A DNA stretch of 64,000 nucleotides, taken from contig CAMTVM010000005.1 of NCBI GenBank assembly GCA_947085195.1, forward strand, positions 39,190-103,189. The letters are read 5' to 3'. This document shows, piece after piece, positions 35,542 to 45,335 of the stretch. This DNA is from an uncultured Chloroflexota bacterium (lineage in GTDB: Bacteria; Chloroflexota; Limnocylindria; Limnocylindrales; CSP1-4). Under the pieces are notes generated by a model. That model searched no databases. It saw nothing but the letters and a program-made list of their open reading frames with translations, and was not told the DNA's origin. A program made the position numbers and the translations under genes. How positions within the stretch are numbered: the first letter of the stretch is position 1; every line of letters begins with the position of its first letter.

Positions 35542-37266
35542 TCACCGGTCCGCGGCGAGCCGCCATGCTAGCACATCGCCAAACCGGTCACCCGGGCCCG
35601 CGATGAGCAGCGGAGAGGGGCCCTCGAGCGCTCGCTCCAGGAAGACCTCGTCTGCCCAGACGATCGGCAGGATCGGCATGCGTTCGCCCACCGCGGTCAG
35701 GAGCACCCTCCACGCCGCGGTCCGGACCTCCGGCGTGCCAGGCGCCCGGGCGGCGTCCAGGAGCTTGTCCAGGGCCGGGTCCTGGTAGCCGCTGAGGTTC
35801 GTGCCGGAGGCCCGCACCTGGGACGAGGCGAGGAGCGGGAACAGGTCGGGTTCCAGGCCTTCGGCGATGTCCACGACGGCAGCCGCGAACTCGCCCGCAC
35901 GGAGCCGGACGGTCAGGTCCGCCGCGGGCAGCTCCACCACGCTCGCGTCGAACCCGATCCTGACCCAGGCGTCGCGCACGAACCCGGATACCACGGCCAG
36001 CCGGGTGTTCGCCGTCGCGGGCACCGTGAGGATCTCCAGCTTGTAGGCGGTCTTGGCCTGGGGTGCCACCCACTTCCCGCCGGTCTTCGTCCAGCCGGCC
36101 TCGGTGAGCGCCTTGGATACCGCCTTCGCGTCGTACGAGACCGGCGGAGCGGCCGTCGCGTCGAAGGCCCAGGACCCCGGCGGCACGAGCGCGTCCGCGC
36201 GCCTGGCATCACCGTCCAGCGGACCCGCCACGAGCGCGTCGCGGTCGATCGCCGCCAGGAGCGCGCGTCGGACCGCGGCGCTGCGGAGCTCGGGGTGCGA
36301 CGGGCGGAGGTTGAGCAGGACGGCCGACAGTGTCGTCGTGGGGTACCGGAGTCGATCGATGCCATCGGTGGCGGCCAGGTCCGCGGCCACGGCCGGCGCA
36401 AGCCCCGCCGCCCCGTCGATCTCGCCGGTTCGGAGAGCCTCGGCCAGCGCCGCCTCCGTCTCGTAGAACCACATCTCGATCCGCTCGAGGTACGGGGCAG
36501 GGCGTCCGGGCGCAGGGTCGGGATACGGCGTTGCCAGCGAGTCGAGCGTGGGCCCGAGCGTCGGCTCCTCGGGGGTGGGGACCGCAGCCGACGGCTCCAG
36601 CACGGCCCGGGTTCCGTCACGCTCCACAAGGGTGAACGGGCCGGTCCCAACGGGAAGCCGTGCGAAGTCGCTCTCGGCCAGGTCGGCGAGCGGCAGGCCC
36701 TCGAGCAGGTGTGACGGCAGCAGTGGCTGGCACAGCGCGGCCAGGAACCCGCCGAGGGGCGTCGCCAGCGTGAAGCGGACCGTCCTGGGGCTCATCGCGA
36801 CGGCCGTCACCTCGGCCCAGGAGCCCGCGACACCGCCTGCGGCATCAGGGCTCTTGAGCGCCTCCACCGTGTAGACCACGTCGTCAGCCGTCACCGGGGC
36901 GCCGTCCTGCCAGGTGGCGTCGGCGCGGATCGTGACGGTCCAGGTGGTGCCGGCGGGATCCGTGGTCCAGGACTCCGCGAGGTCAGCCTCGTAGGTACCG
37001 GCAGGCCCCGGGCGGACCAGGCCCGAGAAGACCAGCCCGACGAGGGTCCGGTCGGCGCGCGTGCGGGCGGTGACGGGCGTGATGGAGACGGGAGATCCGA
37101 CGACGCCTTCGCGATACGTCACCGGGGGTGGGAGGGTGGCGCCTGGCGTGGGCTCCGCGCTGGACGCGGGCACGCCCGGGCGAACCTGGGGAAGCGCGAT
37201 GGCAACCCCGAGCACGACCAGCACGAGGACGAGCGCCGCGACGAGCGTGGTGTCGCGACGGGTCAT
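35542..37266 (-). CDS. ABC transporter substrate-binding protein, family 5 (peptide/nickel type), membrane-anchored
   Basis: 574 aa with an N-terminal TM anchor (no lipobox Cys) and SBP_bac_5-like sequence (LVRPGPAGTYEADLAESWT...WQDGAPVTADDVVYT). Start set at MTRRDTT (ATG 37266). Confidence 0.82.
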   Translation of the reverse strand: MTRRDTTLVAALVLVLVVLGVAIALPQVRPGVPASSAEPTPGATLPPPVTYREGVVGSPVSITPVTARTRADRTLVGLVFSGLVRPGPAGTYEADLAESWTTDPAGTTWTVTIRADATWQDGAPVTADDVVYTVEALKSPDAAGGVAGSWAEVTAVAMSPRTVRFTLATPLGGFLAALCQPLLPSHLLEGLPLADLAESDFARLPVGTGPFTLVERDGTRAVLEPSAAVPTPEEPTLGPTLDSLATPYPDPAPGRPAPYLERIEMWFYETEAALAEALRTGEIDGAAGLAPAVAADLAATDGIDRLRYPTTTLSAVLLNLRPSHPELRSAAVRRALLAAIDRDALVAGPLDGDARRADALVPPGSWAFDATAAPPVSYDAKAVSKALTEAGWTKTGGKWVAPQAKTAYKLEILTVPATANTRLAVVSGFVRDAWVRIGFDASVVELPAADLTVRLRAGEFAAAVVDIAEGLEPDLFPLLASSQVRASGTNLSGYQDPALDKLLDAARAPGTPEVRTAAWRVLLTAVGERMPILPIVWADEVFLERALEGPSPLLIAGPGDRFGDVLAWRLAADR

Positions 37267-37312
37267 GCGCGGTTGGGTCGGGCGGGCGGCCGCACGGCGG
37301 GCGGGCTCGCGA

Positions 37313-37534
37313 TCAGCCGACGAATGCGAACGAGACCATCGCGAACAGGACGAACAGCACAAGCAGCAGGATGGTGAACCGCCAGAGACTGCGCTCGACG
37401 CCCCGCCGGCTGCGGTAGACCGCCGAGTCGCCGCCGAACGTGCCGGACAGGCCGGTGCCGCGCGCCTGGAGCAGGATCGCTGCCACGAGGGCAACGCTCA
37501 GGATGAGCTGGCCGATGGCCAGGAGCGGATCCAC
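37313..37534 (-). CDS. secG: Preprotein translocase subunit SecG
   Basis: 73 aa with two TM segments and LLQ.RGTGLSGTFGG. GTG start. Confidence 0.85.
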   Translation of the reverse strand: MDPLLAIGQLILSVALVAAILLQARGTGLSGTFGGDSAVYRSRRGVERSLWRFTILLLVLFVLFAMVSFAFVG

Positions 37535-37601
37535 GGTTTGGTTTGGCCTCCGATAGGTGACGATGGCGGATGGTAGCAGACCCGACGCTCCGCCCCCGGG
37601 T

Positions 37602-39179
37602 TCAGGCGGGTTCGAGCAGCGACCGGCCGGTCATCCCCTCCCAGCGGGGCAACCCGGCCAGATCGAGGATCGTGGGGGCGACGTCCGCCAGCACGCCGTT
37701 CCGTAGGGTCCGACCCGTCAGCGCGCGCCCGGCGCCGAGGAGCGGCACGGGGTTGAGCGAGTGCCGTGTCACGGGCTTGCCGACATCGTCGAGCATCTCG
37801 TCGGCATTGCCGTGGTCGGCGGTGACGAACAGGACCGCTCCGGGACCATCCTCGTCGGCTCCGTCCACGGCGAAGATGGCGTCGGCGATCCGGCCGACGC
37901 ATTCGTCGATCACGCCGAGGGCCGTCACCGTGGCGTCCCACACGCCGGTGTGCCCGACCATGTCCGGGTTCGCGAAGTTGGCAACGATGAAGTCGTAGCG
38001 CCCGGAGCCGATCGCAGCGACCAGCTCGTCGGTGACACCCGCGGCGCTCATCTCGGGCTGGAGGTCGTACGTGGCGACCTTGGGCGACGGTACGAGTCGG
38101 CGCTCCTCGCCCGGCCACGGCGCTTCGACGCCCCCGTTGAAGAAGTACGTGACGTGGGCGTACTTCTCGGTCTCGGCGACGTGGAGCTGCCTCCAGCCGG
38201 CCTCGGAGAAGGCCTGGGCGAGGGAGCGCGCCTCCTCGGGTCCGAACGCGACCTCCGCCGGGAGGCCGGCCTCGTACGCGGTCATCGTGACGACGAGAAG
38301 ACCGGTCGGTGCGGCCCGGCCGGCGGGGCTCGTACGGTCGAAGCCGACGAAGTCGACGTCCGCGAGCGCGTGGGTGAGCTGGCGCGCGCGGTCGGCACGG
38401 AAGTTGAGGTGCACGATCGGATCCCCGTCGCGCAGCGAGCCGTCGGTCGCGTCGATCACGGTGGGCGCGACGAACTCGTCGGTCTCGCCGCGGGTGTAGG
38501 CCTCCTCGATCGCGGCCGACGCGGACACGGCATGCCGCCCGATCCCATGGACGATGGCGTCGTACCCCCGCTCGGTCCGCTCCCAGCGCTGGTCACGGTC
38601 CATGGCGTAGTAGCGACCGCCGACCGATGCGATCCGCGCATCCGGGTGGACGACGTCGAGCCGCGCTTCGAGGTCCTGGATGAACCCGAGTGCCGAGCTG
38701 GGCGGCGTGTCCCGGCCGTCGAGGAGCGCGTGGATCCGGACCGCCGGGACGTCGAGCCGCGCGGCCAGTTCCACGAGCGCCACGAGGTGGCGATCGTTGG
38801 CATGGACCCCACCAGGCCCGATCAGCCCCACCACGTGGATCCGGCCGGTCACCTTCGCCCGCTCGCAGGCGGCCACGAGCGCAGGACGTGTGAAGAACGA
38901 GCCATCGGCGATGGCGGCGTCGATGCGCGGGAGGTCCTGGAGCACGGGCCGGCCTGCCCCGAGGTTGAGGTGGCCAACCTCCGAGTTGCCCATCTGGCCG
39001 GGCGGCAGCCCCACGGCCTCTTCGGACGCGCCCAGGATGGCCTGCGGGCAGCCCGCGACGAGCTCGCGCCAGCGCGGCATCGCCGCCGCGGCGATCGCAT
39101 CCTTCGCCGGGTCCGGGCCGATGCCGAAGCCGTCGAGGACCACGAGGACGATGGGACGCGGTCGGCGACCCTCGGTCAC
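37602..39179 (-). CDS. gpmI: 2,3-bisphosphoglycerate-independent phosphoglycerate mutase
   Basis: VLVVLDGFGIG...GNSEVGHLNLGAGR...ADHGNAD motifs. GTG 39179 in a GTGA overlap with the tpiA stop. Confidence 0.93.
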   Translation of the reverse strand: MTEGRRPRPIVLVVLDGFGIGPDPAKDAIAAAAMPRWRELVAGCPQAILGASEEAVGLPPGQMGNSEVGHLNLGAGRPVLQDLPRIDAAIADGSFFTRPALVAACERAKVTGRIHVVGLIGPGGVHANDRHLVALVELAARLDVPAVRIHALLDGRDTPPSSALGFIQDLEARLDVVHPDARIASVGGRYYAMDRDQRWERTERGYDAIVHGIGRHAVSASAAIEEAYTRGETDEFVAPTVIDATDGSLRDGDPIVHLNFRADRARQLTHALADVDFVGFDRTSPAGRAAPTGLLVVTMTAYEAGLPAEVAFGPEEARSLAQAFSEAGWRQLHVAETEKYAHVTYFFNGGVEAPWPGEERRLVPSPKVATYDLQPEMSAAGVTDELVAAIGSGRYDFIVANFANPDMVGHTGVWDATVTALGVIDECVGRIADAIFAVDGADEDGPGAVLFVTADHGNADEMLDDVGKPVTRHSLNPVPLLGAGRALTGRTLRNGVLADVAPTILDLAGLPRWEGMTGRSLLEPA

Positions 39180-39964
39180 GAGGCGAGACCGCGGGCCGCA
39201 GCGGTCAGCCCGGCCCGGGCCACGATCCCGGCCATCTCGTCCGGCTTGAGCGAGGCGCCGCCGATCAGCGCACCGTCCACGGCCGGCTCCGCCAGGAACT
39301 CGGCTGCGTTTGCGGATGTCACGCTCCCGCCATACACGACCGGCGTGGCCTCGGCGCCGCCACCCCAGCCCAGGCCGCGGAGGCTGGCGCGAATGGCGTC
39401 CGCCATGGCGGCGGCGTCGGTCCCGCGGGCGTTCTTGCCGGTGCCGATCGCCCACACGGGCTCGTACGCGATCACGATGCCCGCAGCGACGAGCGCCTCC
39501 GCGCTCCGACCCTGGAGGGCCCCGCGCAGCTGGGCGTCGACCACCGCAGTCGCCCGTCCGGCCTCGCGGTCCGCGAGGACCTCGCCGACGCACAGGATGG
39601 GGCGCAGGCCGCCGGCGACCGCGCTGTCGAGCTTCTTCCCGACCAGCTCATCCGTCTCGCCGAAGTAGGCGCGCCGCTCGGAATGGCCCAGGATCACCCA
39701 CGTCGCGAGCCCGGCCAGCATCGACACGGAGATCTCACCGGTGTAGGCCCCGGCTGGCTCATGGTGGACGTTCTGCGCCCCCACGCCCACGTCCTCGTCC
39801 AGGAGCGCGTCGCGGACGGCAGCGAGGCTCACGTACGGTGGGCAGATCACCCTCGTCACGCCGGGCTCGCGCGTCCTGGACGCGATCGTCCGCGCGAGGT
39901 CGCCGGCATCGGCAGGGGTGGCATTCATCTTCCAGTTGGCGGCAATCACGATCGGGCGAGTCAT
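39176..39964 (-). CDS. tpiA: Triose-phosphate isomerase
   Basis: AANWKMN, GHSERR, YEPVWAIGTG and GGASL motifs. ATG 39964. Confidence 0.95.
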   Translation of the reverse strand: MTRPIVIAANWKMNATPADAGDLARTIASRTREPGVTRVICPPYVSLAAVRDALLDEDVGVGAQNVHHEPAGAYTGEISVSMLAGLATWVILGHSERRAYFGETDELVGKKLDSAVAGGLRPILCVGEVLADREAGRATAVVDAQLRGALQGRSAEALVAAGIVIAYEPVWAIGTGKNARGTDAAAMADAIRASLRGLGWGGGAEATPVVYGGSVTSANAAEFLAEPAVDGALIGGASLKPDEMAGIVARAGLTAAARGLAS

Positions 39965-39971
39965 GCCCGCA

Positions 39972-40901
39972 TCATGCCAGACGGCGACGGGCCATTCCCC
40001 GGCCGACCGGCCCCCCACCTGTCGCCGCCCGGCCCGGGCGACGACGGCCGAGTGACTCCCCAGATCCGGCGCCGGATGGCCGGTAGCGCGCGCGGCGACC
40101 GATCCCTTCGTCGTCGTGGAGGGCCAGGTGCTCGAGGCGGTCGAGGGCCCGTTGCACCGTCGACCGGTGCAGGTCGAGTCGAACGGCAATCTCCGAGAGC
40201 GACGCCTCGGGGGTCTCGCGGCGGGCGTCGGCGACCGCCCGAACCGTGCGCGGCTGCTCCCCGAGACGTCCGTCCGCCTCGAGGGTGTCGATCGCGGCGA
40301 GGTGCCGGCCCGCCGCCGCCACGGAGCGCTGGAGGTTGGCGGACTCGGCGTTGAGAACGCGGTTGAGTTCACCACGGAGCGTCCGGGCGACCGCCCTCGC
40401 CTCCAGCTCAAGAAGGGACGCGCTGGCCCCGATCCGCCCGAGGAACGCGGCGATCGACTCCGTGCTCTTCCAGGTCACGACGCCCTGGCCGCGCCGCACA
40501 CGCCACGATGCCGGGAGCCCGACCGAGGAGAGCCTGTCCGCGAGGATCGGCGCCTCCGTCACCGACACCACGAACTCCAGGTGGGCGCGACCCATGGCGA
40601 GGCTCAGAGAACCCCGGGCCAAGAACATGCCGCGGAGCCACGCCCAACGGCAGTGATCGGCCGAGCCCCCCCACGCGACGGCGAGCTCCGGCAGCAGGAA
40701 CAGGCGCCGGCCGCCCGCAGTCCGCTTCTCCGCTGCACGGCCTCCCAGGCGCACCGCGAGGCGCGCGACGGACGGCTCCCGAGAGGCGACGACCGGCCCG
40801 AGCCCGGCGATCTCAGCCAGGCGGTCACACGGGCGGGACGGATCCACGGCAGCAAGCTCCGCCCGGAGCGCGGCGACGAGATCCCGGTCAGTCCCTGACA
40901 C
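39972..40901 (-). CDS. whiA: Sporulation/cell-division transcription factor WhiA (Arg/Gly-rich C-terminal extension)
   Basis: LAGLIDADG-like degenerate domain and a C-terminal HTH (SLSEIAVRLDLHRSTVQRALDRL). Lies downstream of rapZ-yvcK. Confidence 0.9.
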   Translation of the reverse strand: MSGTDRDLVAALRAELAAVDPSRPCDRLAEIAGLGPVVASREPSVARLAVRLGGRAAEKRTAGGRRLFLLPELAVAWGGSADHCRWAWLRGMFLARGSLSLAMGRAHLEFVVSVTEAPILADRLSSVGLPASWRVRRGQGVVTWKSTESIAAFLGRIGASASLLELEARAVARTLRGELNRVLNAESANLQRSVAAAGRHLAAIDTLEADGRLGEQPRTVRAVADARRETPEASLSEIAVRLDLHRSTVQRALDRLEHLALHDDEGIGRRARYRPSGAGSGESLGRRRPGRAATGGGPVGRGMARRRLA

Positions 40902-40910
40902 CGGCTTCGC

Positions 40911-42299
40911 TCAGGCCGTACGCCCGACGCGTGCTGCGCTCGCCCGGCGGCGGTGGCCGCCCTCTCGCTCCCAGGCCGCCAGGATTGCGACCGCCAGGCG
41001 GTCCGGTGCGTGATGGTGGGCATTGGAGGGATCCACGAGGTCCGCCAGCACGAGGCGGGGAGCGGGCGACGCCGATGCGGGCGGCCAGCGCAGGCGGACA
41101 GGCTCCCCCACCCAGCCTGGCGGGGCGAGCGCGTCGAAGCGGTTGTTCGCCAGGACCGTGTCCGGCAGGTGGCCGGCGCCGTGGCGGGCCAGGGCGTCGA
41201 GGTGGTCGGCCAGGTCGTACCCGCCGGTCTCACCGGGCTGCGTCGCGACGTTGCAGGCGAACAGCACGAGGGCGCCCGACGCGGCGATCGCCTCCCTGAG
41301 ACCGGGCACCAGCAGCGCGGGCAGCAGGCTCGTGAACAGGCTGCCGGGCCCGATCACGATGATCTCGGCCTCGGCGATGGCGTTCAGGGCGTCCGCCGTG
41401 GGGCGGACGTCCGCGGGCTCCACCCAGACGCGATCCACGCGGCTGGACCGCGCGATCCTGCTCTGGCCCTCGACCTCGGTCCCGTCGTCGAGACGGGCAT
41501 GCAGGGTGATCGCGGTGCCGGTTGCCGGGACGACTCGCCCGCGCACCGCAAGCACCCGGTTCATCTCCCGGACGCCCTCCTCGAAGTCGCCGTTCTGGAC
41601 CTGGACGAGCGCGGCCAGGAGCAGGTTGCCCACCGCGTGCCCGCCGAGGCCTGCGTGCGGCGTCGCGGGCTCCGGCTCCCCTGGCTCGGCCGACCGCGCG
41701 CCAGCCCGGCTGGCCGGACCATCACCCGGGAAGCGGTACTGGAGGAGCCGGCTCATCAGCGGCTCGGCATCCGCAAGCGCCACCACGCAATTGCGGATGT
41801 CGCCGACCGCCGGGATCCCCAGCTCCGTGCGCAGCACGCCGGACGAGCCGCCGTCGTCCGCGACGGTGACCACCGCCGTCAGGTTCGACGTGTGCTCCTT
41901 GAGGCCACGCAGCAGGCCGGACAGGCCTGTCCCGCCGCCGATGGCCACGATCCTCGGGCCGCGGGCCAGGAACCGCTTCTGGTAGATGACCTCCACCATC
42001 GGCTGGTCCCGGTCCCACGGGGCGAACGGGTCGACGAGGGCCCGCACGAGGCGGTAGGCGCCCAGCAGGAACAGGACCAGGCCGGCCGTGCTGGCGATCG
42101 CCCCGCGCAGCTGGTAGGGCAGGAACTGGAGCGTGAGGAGATCGAGGATCTCACCGGGCGGTCCCGAGGGCCGCGCGACAGCGGTGACCTGGCGCAGCAC
42201 GTGGGCGACGCCGAGCGCGAGCACGAGTAGGCCTGCGAACGCTACGAGAAGCCACCGCTTGACGCCGATGCCGACCATCAGCCAGCGGCGCAGGTTCAC
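40911..42299 (-). CDS. yvcK: YvcK/CofD-like gluconeogenesis factor (UPF0052) with N-terminal membrane anchor
   Basis: IVAIGGGTGLSGLLRGLK...VVTVADDGGSSG.LR...GD.RNC motifs, preceded by about 90 aa with 2-3 TM segments. Confidence 0.9.
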   Translation of the reverse strand: MNLRRWLMVGIGVKRWLLVAFAGLLVLALGVAHVLRQVTAVARPSGPPGEILDLLTLQFLPYQLRGAIASTAGLVLFLLGAYRLVRALVDPFAPWDRDQPMVEVIYQKRFLARGPRIVAIGGGTGLSGLLRGLKEHTSNLTAVVTVADDGGSSGVLRTELGIPAVGDIRNCVVALADAEPLMSRLLQYRFPGDGPASRAGARSAEPGEPEPATPHAGLGGHAVGNLLLAALVQVQNGDFEEGVREMNRVLAVRGRVVPATGTAITLHARLDDGTEVEGQSRIARSSRVDRVWVEPADVRPTADALNAIAEAEIIVIGPGSLFTSLLPALLVPGLREAIAASGALVLFACNVATQPGETGGYDLADHLDALARHGAGHLPDTVLANNRFDALAPPGWVGEPVRLRWPPASASPAPRLVLADLVDPSNAHHHAPDRLAVAILAAWEREGGHRRRASAARVGRTA

Positions 42300-43219
42300 C
42301 GCTCGAGCTCCCTGTGGAAGACGGAGACGGGCCCGAAGTCCCGCTCACGGAGCCAGGCGGCGAGTTCCTCCGAGATGACGACCGAGCGATGGAAGCCGCC
42401 CGTGCAGCCGACGGCGACGGTCAGACGCGTCTTGCCCTCGTCCACGTAGGCCGGCACGAGCAGGTCCAGGAGGTCCCGGAGGTGTTCGAGGAAGGCCACC
42501 GCGATCGGCTGGCCGAGGACGTACTCGCGGACCGCGCCGGTCAAACCGTTCTGCGACCGCAGGGCCTCGACGTAGTGGGGGTTCTTCATGAAGCGCACGT
42601 CCAGCACGAGGTCGGCCTCCAGCGGCACGCCGTACTTGTACCCGAAGCTGACGAGCTGGATCGCAAGGCGGTCCGAGCTCTGGACGTCGCCCAGGCGCGC
42701 GAAGATCCGCTCGCGCAGCTCGCGCAGCGAGAGATCGCTCGTGTCCAGGACTACGTCGGCCTGCATGCGCACCGAGTCGAGCAGCGTCCGCTCCAGCTCG
42801 ATGGCGGCGGCGATGCCCCGCTCGTCCGCCAGGGGGTGGCGGTGGCGCGTCTCCGAGAAGCGGCGGATGAGGACGTCGTCGCGCGCCTCGAGGAAGATGA
42901 TGACCGGCCGGATCCCGCGGCCCTCGAGCGCCCCGCGCATGGCCCCGAACGCGAGCGGCACGTCGCCGGCGCGCACGTCGAGCACGATCGCTGTTCGTCG
43001 GAACCGCAGCGGGTCACTCGCCACCAGGTCGGCGAGGTCTCGCAGGAGCTCGCCCGGCAGGTTGTCCACGACGACGTAGCCGAGATCCTCGAACAACTTC
43101 GCCGCCGCCGTCTTGCCCCCGCCGGACAGGCCGGTGACGACGACGACCTCCGGCGCCGGCTCGTCGGGACACGAGACGGGGGCAGCGAAGACTTCGGCGG
43201 GGTGCGGGTCGCTCGTCAT
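42296..43219 (-). CDS. rapZ: RNase adapter / nucleotide-binding protein RapZ (YvcJ)
   Basis: VVVTGLSGGGKTAAAK.FEDLGY..VDNLP and C-terminal CTGG.HRSV motifs. ATG 43219. Confidence 0.92.
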   Translation of the reverse strand: MTSDPHPAEVFAAPVSCPDEPAPEVVVVTGLSGGGKTAAAKLFEDLGYVVVDNLPGELLRDLADLVASDPLRFRRTAIVLDVRAGDVPLAFGAMRGALEGRGIRPVIIFLEARDDVLIRRFSETRHRHPLADERGIAAAIELERTLLDSVRMQADVVLDTSDLSLRELRERIFARLGDVQSSDRLAIQLVSFGYKYGVPLEADLVLDVRFMKNPHYVEALRSQNGLTGAVREYVLGQPIAVAFLEHLRDLLDLLVPAYVDEGKTRLTVAVGCTGGFHRSVVISEELAAWLRERDFGPVSVFHRELER

Positions 43220-43235
43220 GCGTCGGCCGCCCGCC

Positions 43236-44015
43236 CTACTTGCCGCTGCGCCGGATGAAGAAGATCGTGCCCTCGAAGAGGAGGTACATCGTTGCACCCA
43301 GGGCGAACGGGCTCACGAGGTCACCGCCGGGCGTGATCGCGGTGGCGAAGATCGCGATCCCGAGGATCGCCATCCGGCGCGCGGCCACGAGCCGCTTCGA
43401 GGTCACGATCCCAACCCGGGACAGGCCGAACAGGAGGATCGGGAACTCCATGATCAGCCCGAAGGCCAGGAACAGCGTGGTCACGAAGTCGAAGTAGGCG
43501 CCGGCCGTGATCAGCGGCTTGAGGTCCGCGGTCTCGAAGCCGATGAGGAAGCCGGCCGCGAACGGCAGGACCAGGTAGGCGATCGCAGTACCGATGGCAA
43601 AGAACACAAGCGCCAGCGGCAGCCACGGACGGACGATCCGCCGCTCGGCTGCGGTGAGCCCCGGCGCGATGAACCCCCAGACCTGCCACAGGATCACGGG
43701 CATCGCCAGGATGATGCCGACCACCACCGCGATCTTGAGCTTGATGACGAACGCGTCCCCGATTCCCGTGAAGAACAGGGGATCCTCGCCGGGGATCGGC
43801 GCCTTGAGCACGGCGACGATCTGGTCGCCCAGGAGGAACCCGACGCTCGACGCGACCGCGACGGCGATGACGCTCCGGATGAGCCGGTCCCGCAGCTCCG
43901 CGAGGTGATCGACGAGCGACATCTCCGCGGCCACGGGCGTCGCAGGCGACGGCTGGGGCGTGGGCGTCAGGAGCGCCGGGACACCGGGGTCACGGACGAC
44001 GTCGGCGTCGGCCAT
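43236..44015 (-). CDS. tatC: Sec-independent protein translocase TatC
   Basis: HL.ELR.RLI start region, 6 TM segments and a PGL...ER motif. Start is ATG 44015 (MADAD...) or ATG 43922 (MSLVDHL). Confidence 0.9.
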   Translation of the reverse strand: MADADVVRDPGVPALLTPTPQPSPATPVAAEMSLVDHLAELRDRLIRSVIAVAVASSVGFLLGDQIVAVLKAPIPGEDPLFFTGIGDAFVIKLKIAVVVGIILAMPVILWQVWGFIAPGLTAAERRIVRPWLPLALVFFAIGTAIAYLVLPFAAGFLIGFETADLKPLITAGAYFDFVTTLFLAFGLIMEFPILLFGLSRVGIVTSKRLVAARRMAILGIAIFATAITPGGDLVSPFALGATMYLLFEGTIFFIRRSGK

Positions 44016-44043
44016 CGCTGTCGGGCTCGAGATCGTCCTGCGG

Positions 44044-44403
44044 TCAGGCGGGCGGCGTCGGCTGCTCGTCGGCGGGCGTGAGCTCGGCAGGCCAGCCCTC
44101 GGCAGGCTCGGCCGCAGCATCAGCGGGCGCAGCGGCCGGAACGACCTGCGTGGCGGCGATGACCGGTGCGGCGGTGGCAGCGGACGCGGCAGCAGGTGCA
44201 GGCGTGGCAGGGGCCGCCGCGGCGGCGGGCGGGGCGGGCGCCTCGAGGCTGGTGGATTCCTTCACGTCCGTCGCGGCCTTGCGGAACTCGCGGATGCTCT
44301 TGCCGAGCGCAGATCCGACATCGGGCAGCTTGCCGGGCCCGACGACGATCAAGGCGATGATCAGGATGATGATGAGCTCGCCCGGTCCGATGTTGAACGG
44401 CAT
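44044..44403 (-). CDS. tatA: Sec-independent protein translocase TatA/E (Ala/Pro-rich tail)
   Basis: MPFNIGPGELIIILIIALIVVGPGKLPDVGSALGKSIREFRKA. ATG 44403, inside track ORF 44044..44901. Confidence 0.9.
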   Translation of the reverse strand: MPFNIGPGELIIILIIALIVVGPGKLPDVGSALGKSIREFRKAATDVKESTSLEAPAPPAAAAAPATPAPAAASAATAAPVIAATQVVPAAAPADAAAEPAEGWPAELTPADEQPTPPA

Positions 44404-44456
44404 GACGTGCGCAATCCTCGTGGCGGGACGTACCTCTTCGGGGCCAGCCCGAAGGC

Positions 44457-45335
44457 TCAGGGTAGCACAGCGAGCCTGCCGGCCCACTCGGCGGCGGCCT
44501 TCGCGAGGCGCTCTCCGGGGTCCCCCGAAGCCCCCGCGGCGACCGGTCCCAGGGCCGCCCGGGCGATGCCGCGGGACACGTTGACCAGCAGCGCCCCACC
44601 GGTCGCTGCCCCCGCCGGACCCTCCCTGGCGGGGCCGTCCGCGAGAACCGGTGCTATCTCTCCACCCTGGGCACCCACCCCCGGGACCAGGAAGGCCAGC
44701 GACGGCGCGAAGGCCCGGATGGCGGCGAGCTCCGCGGGGGCCGTGGCACCCACCACCAGCCCGACGGTTCCGTCCGGCCCCCACGCGATCGCCAGGCGGG
44801 CGACCCGGGCCCAGAGCGGCTCGGCCGGATGGCCCGCCACCGCGTCCGCGGCCACGACCAGGCCCTGGACCTCGGCAGCGCCCGGGTTGGAGGTCCGGCA
44901 CAGCACGTAGGCGAACCGGTCGGCACGCCCGAGGAACGGCGCCACAGCCTCCTCTCCGAGGTACGGGTTCACGGTGACGGCGTCGGCGCCGAGCACGTCG
45001 AACAGGGCCGACGCCTGGCGAGCGGCCGTCGTGCCGATGTCGCCGCGCTTGGCGTCAGCGATGAAGGGAACCCCGGGTGGGACCAGCGCGCGGAGGCGCT
45101 CGAGCGCGGCGATACCCGCGGAACCGTGGGCCTCGAAGAAGGCGAGGTTCGGCTTGACGGCGGCGGCAAACGGGAGCGACGCCTCCACGAGGAGCCGCGC
45201 GAAGCGCTCGACGCCTGCGAGCGTTGCCGGAAAGCCGTGCGGCAGCGCGGCCGGGTCCGGGTCGACGCCCACGCAAAGGACGGTGCGGGTGGCCGCGATC
45301 CGTGCCCCGAGTCTCGCGAGGTACGGGGTGCTCAC
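44457..45335 (-). CDS. pyrF: Orotidine 5'-phosphate decarboxylase (type 2)
   Basis: LCVGVDPD...KPN.AFFE...DAKRGDIG.T...NPYLG motifs. GTG 45335 in a GTGA overlap with the upstream gene. Confidence 0.88.
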   Translation of the reverse strand: MSTPYLARLGARIAATRTVLCVGVDPDPAALPHGFPATLAGVERFARLLVEASLPFAAAVKPNLAFFEAHGSAGIAALERLRALVPPGVPFIADAKRGDIGTTAARQASALFDVLGADAVTVNPYLGEEAVAPFLGRADRFAYVLCRTSNPGAAEVQGLVVAADAVAGHPAEPLWARVARLAIAWGPDGTVGLVVGATAPAELAAIRAFAPSLAFLVPGVGAQGGEIAPVLADGPAREGPAGAATGGALLVNVSRGIARAALGPVAAGASGDPGERLAKAAAEWAGRLAVLP

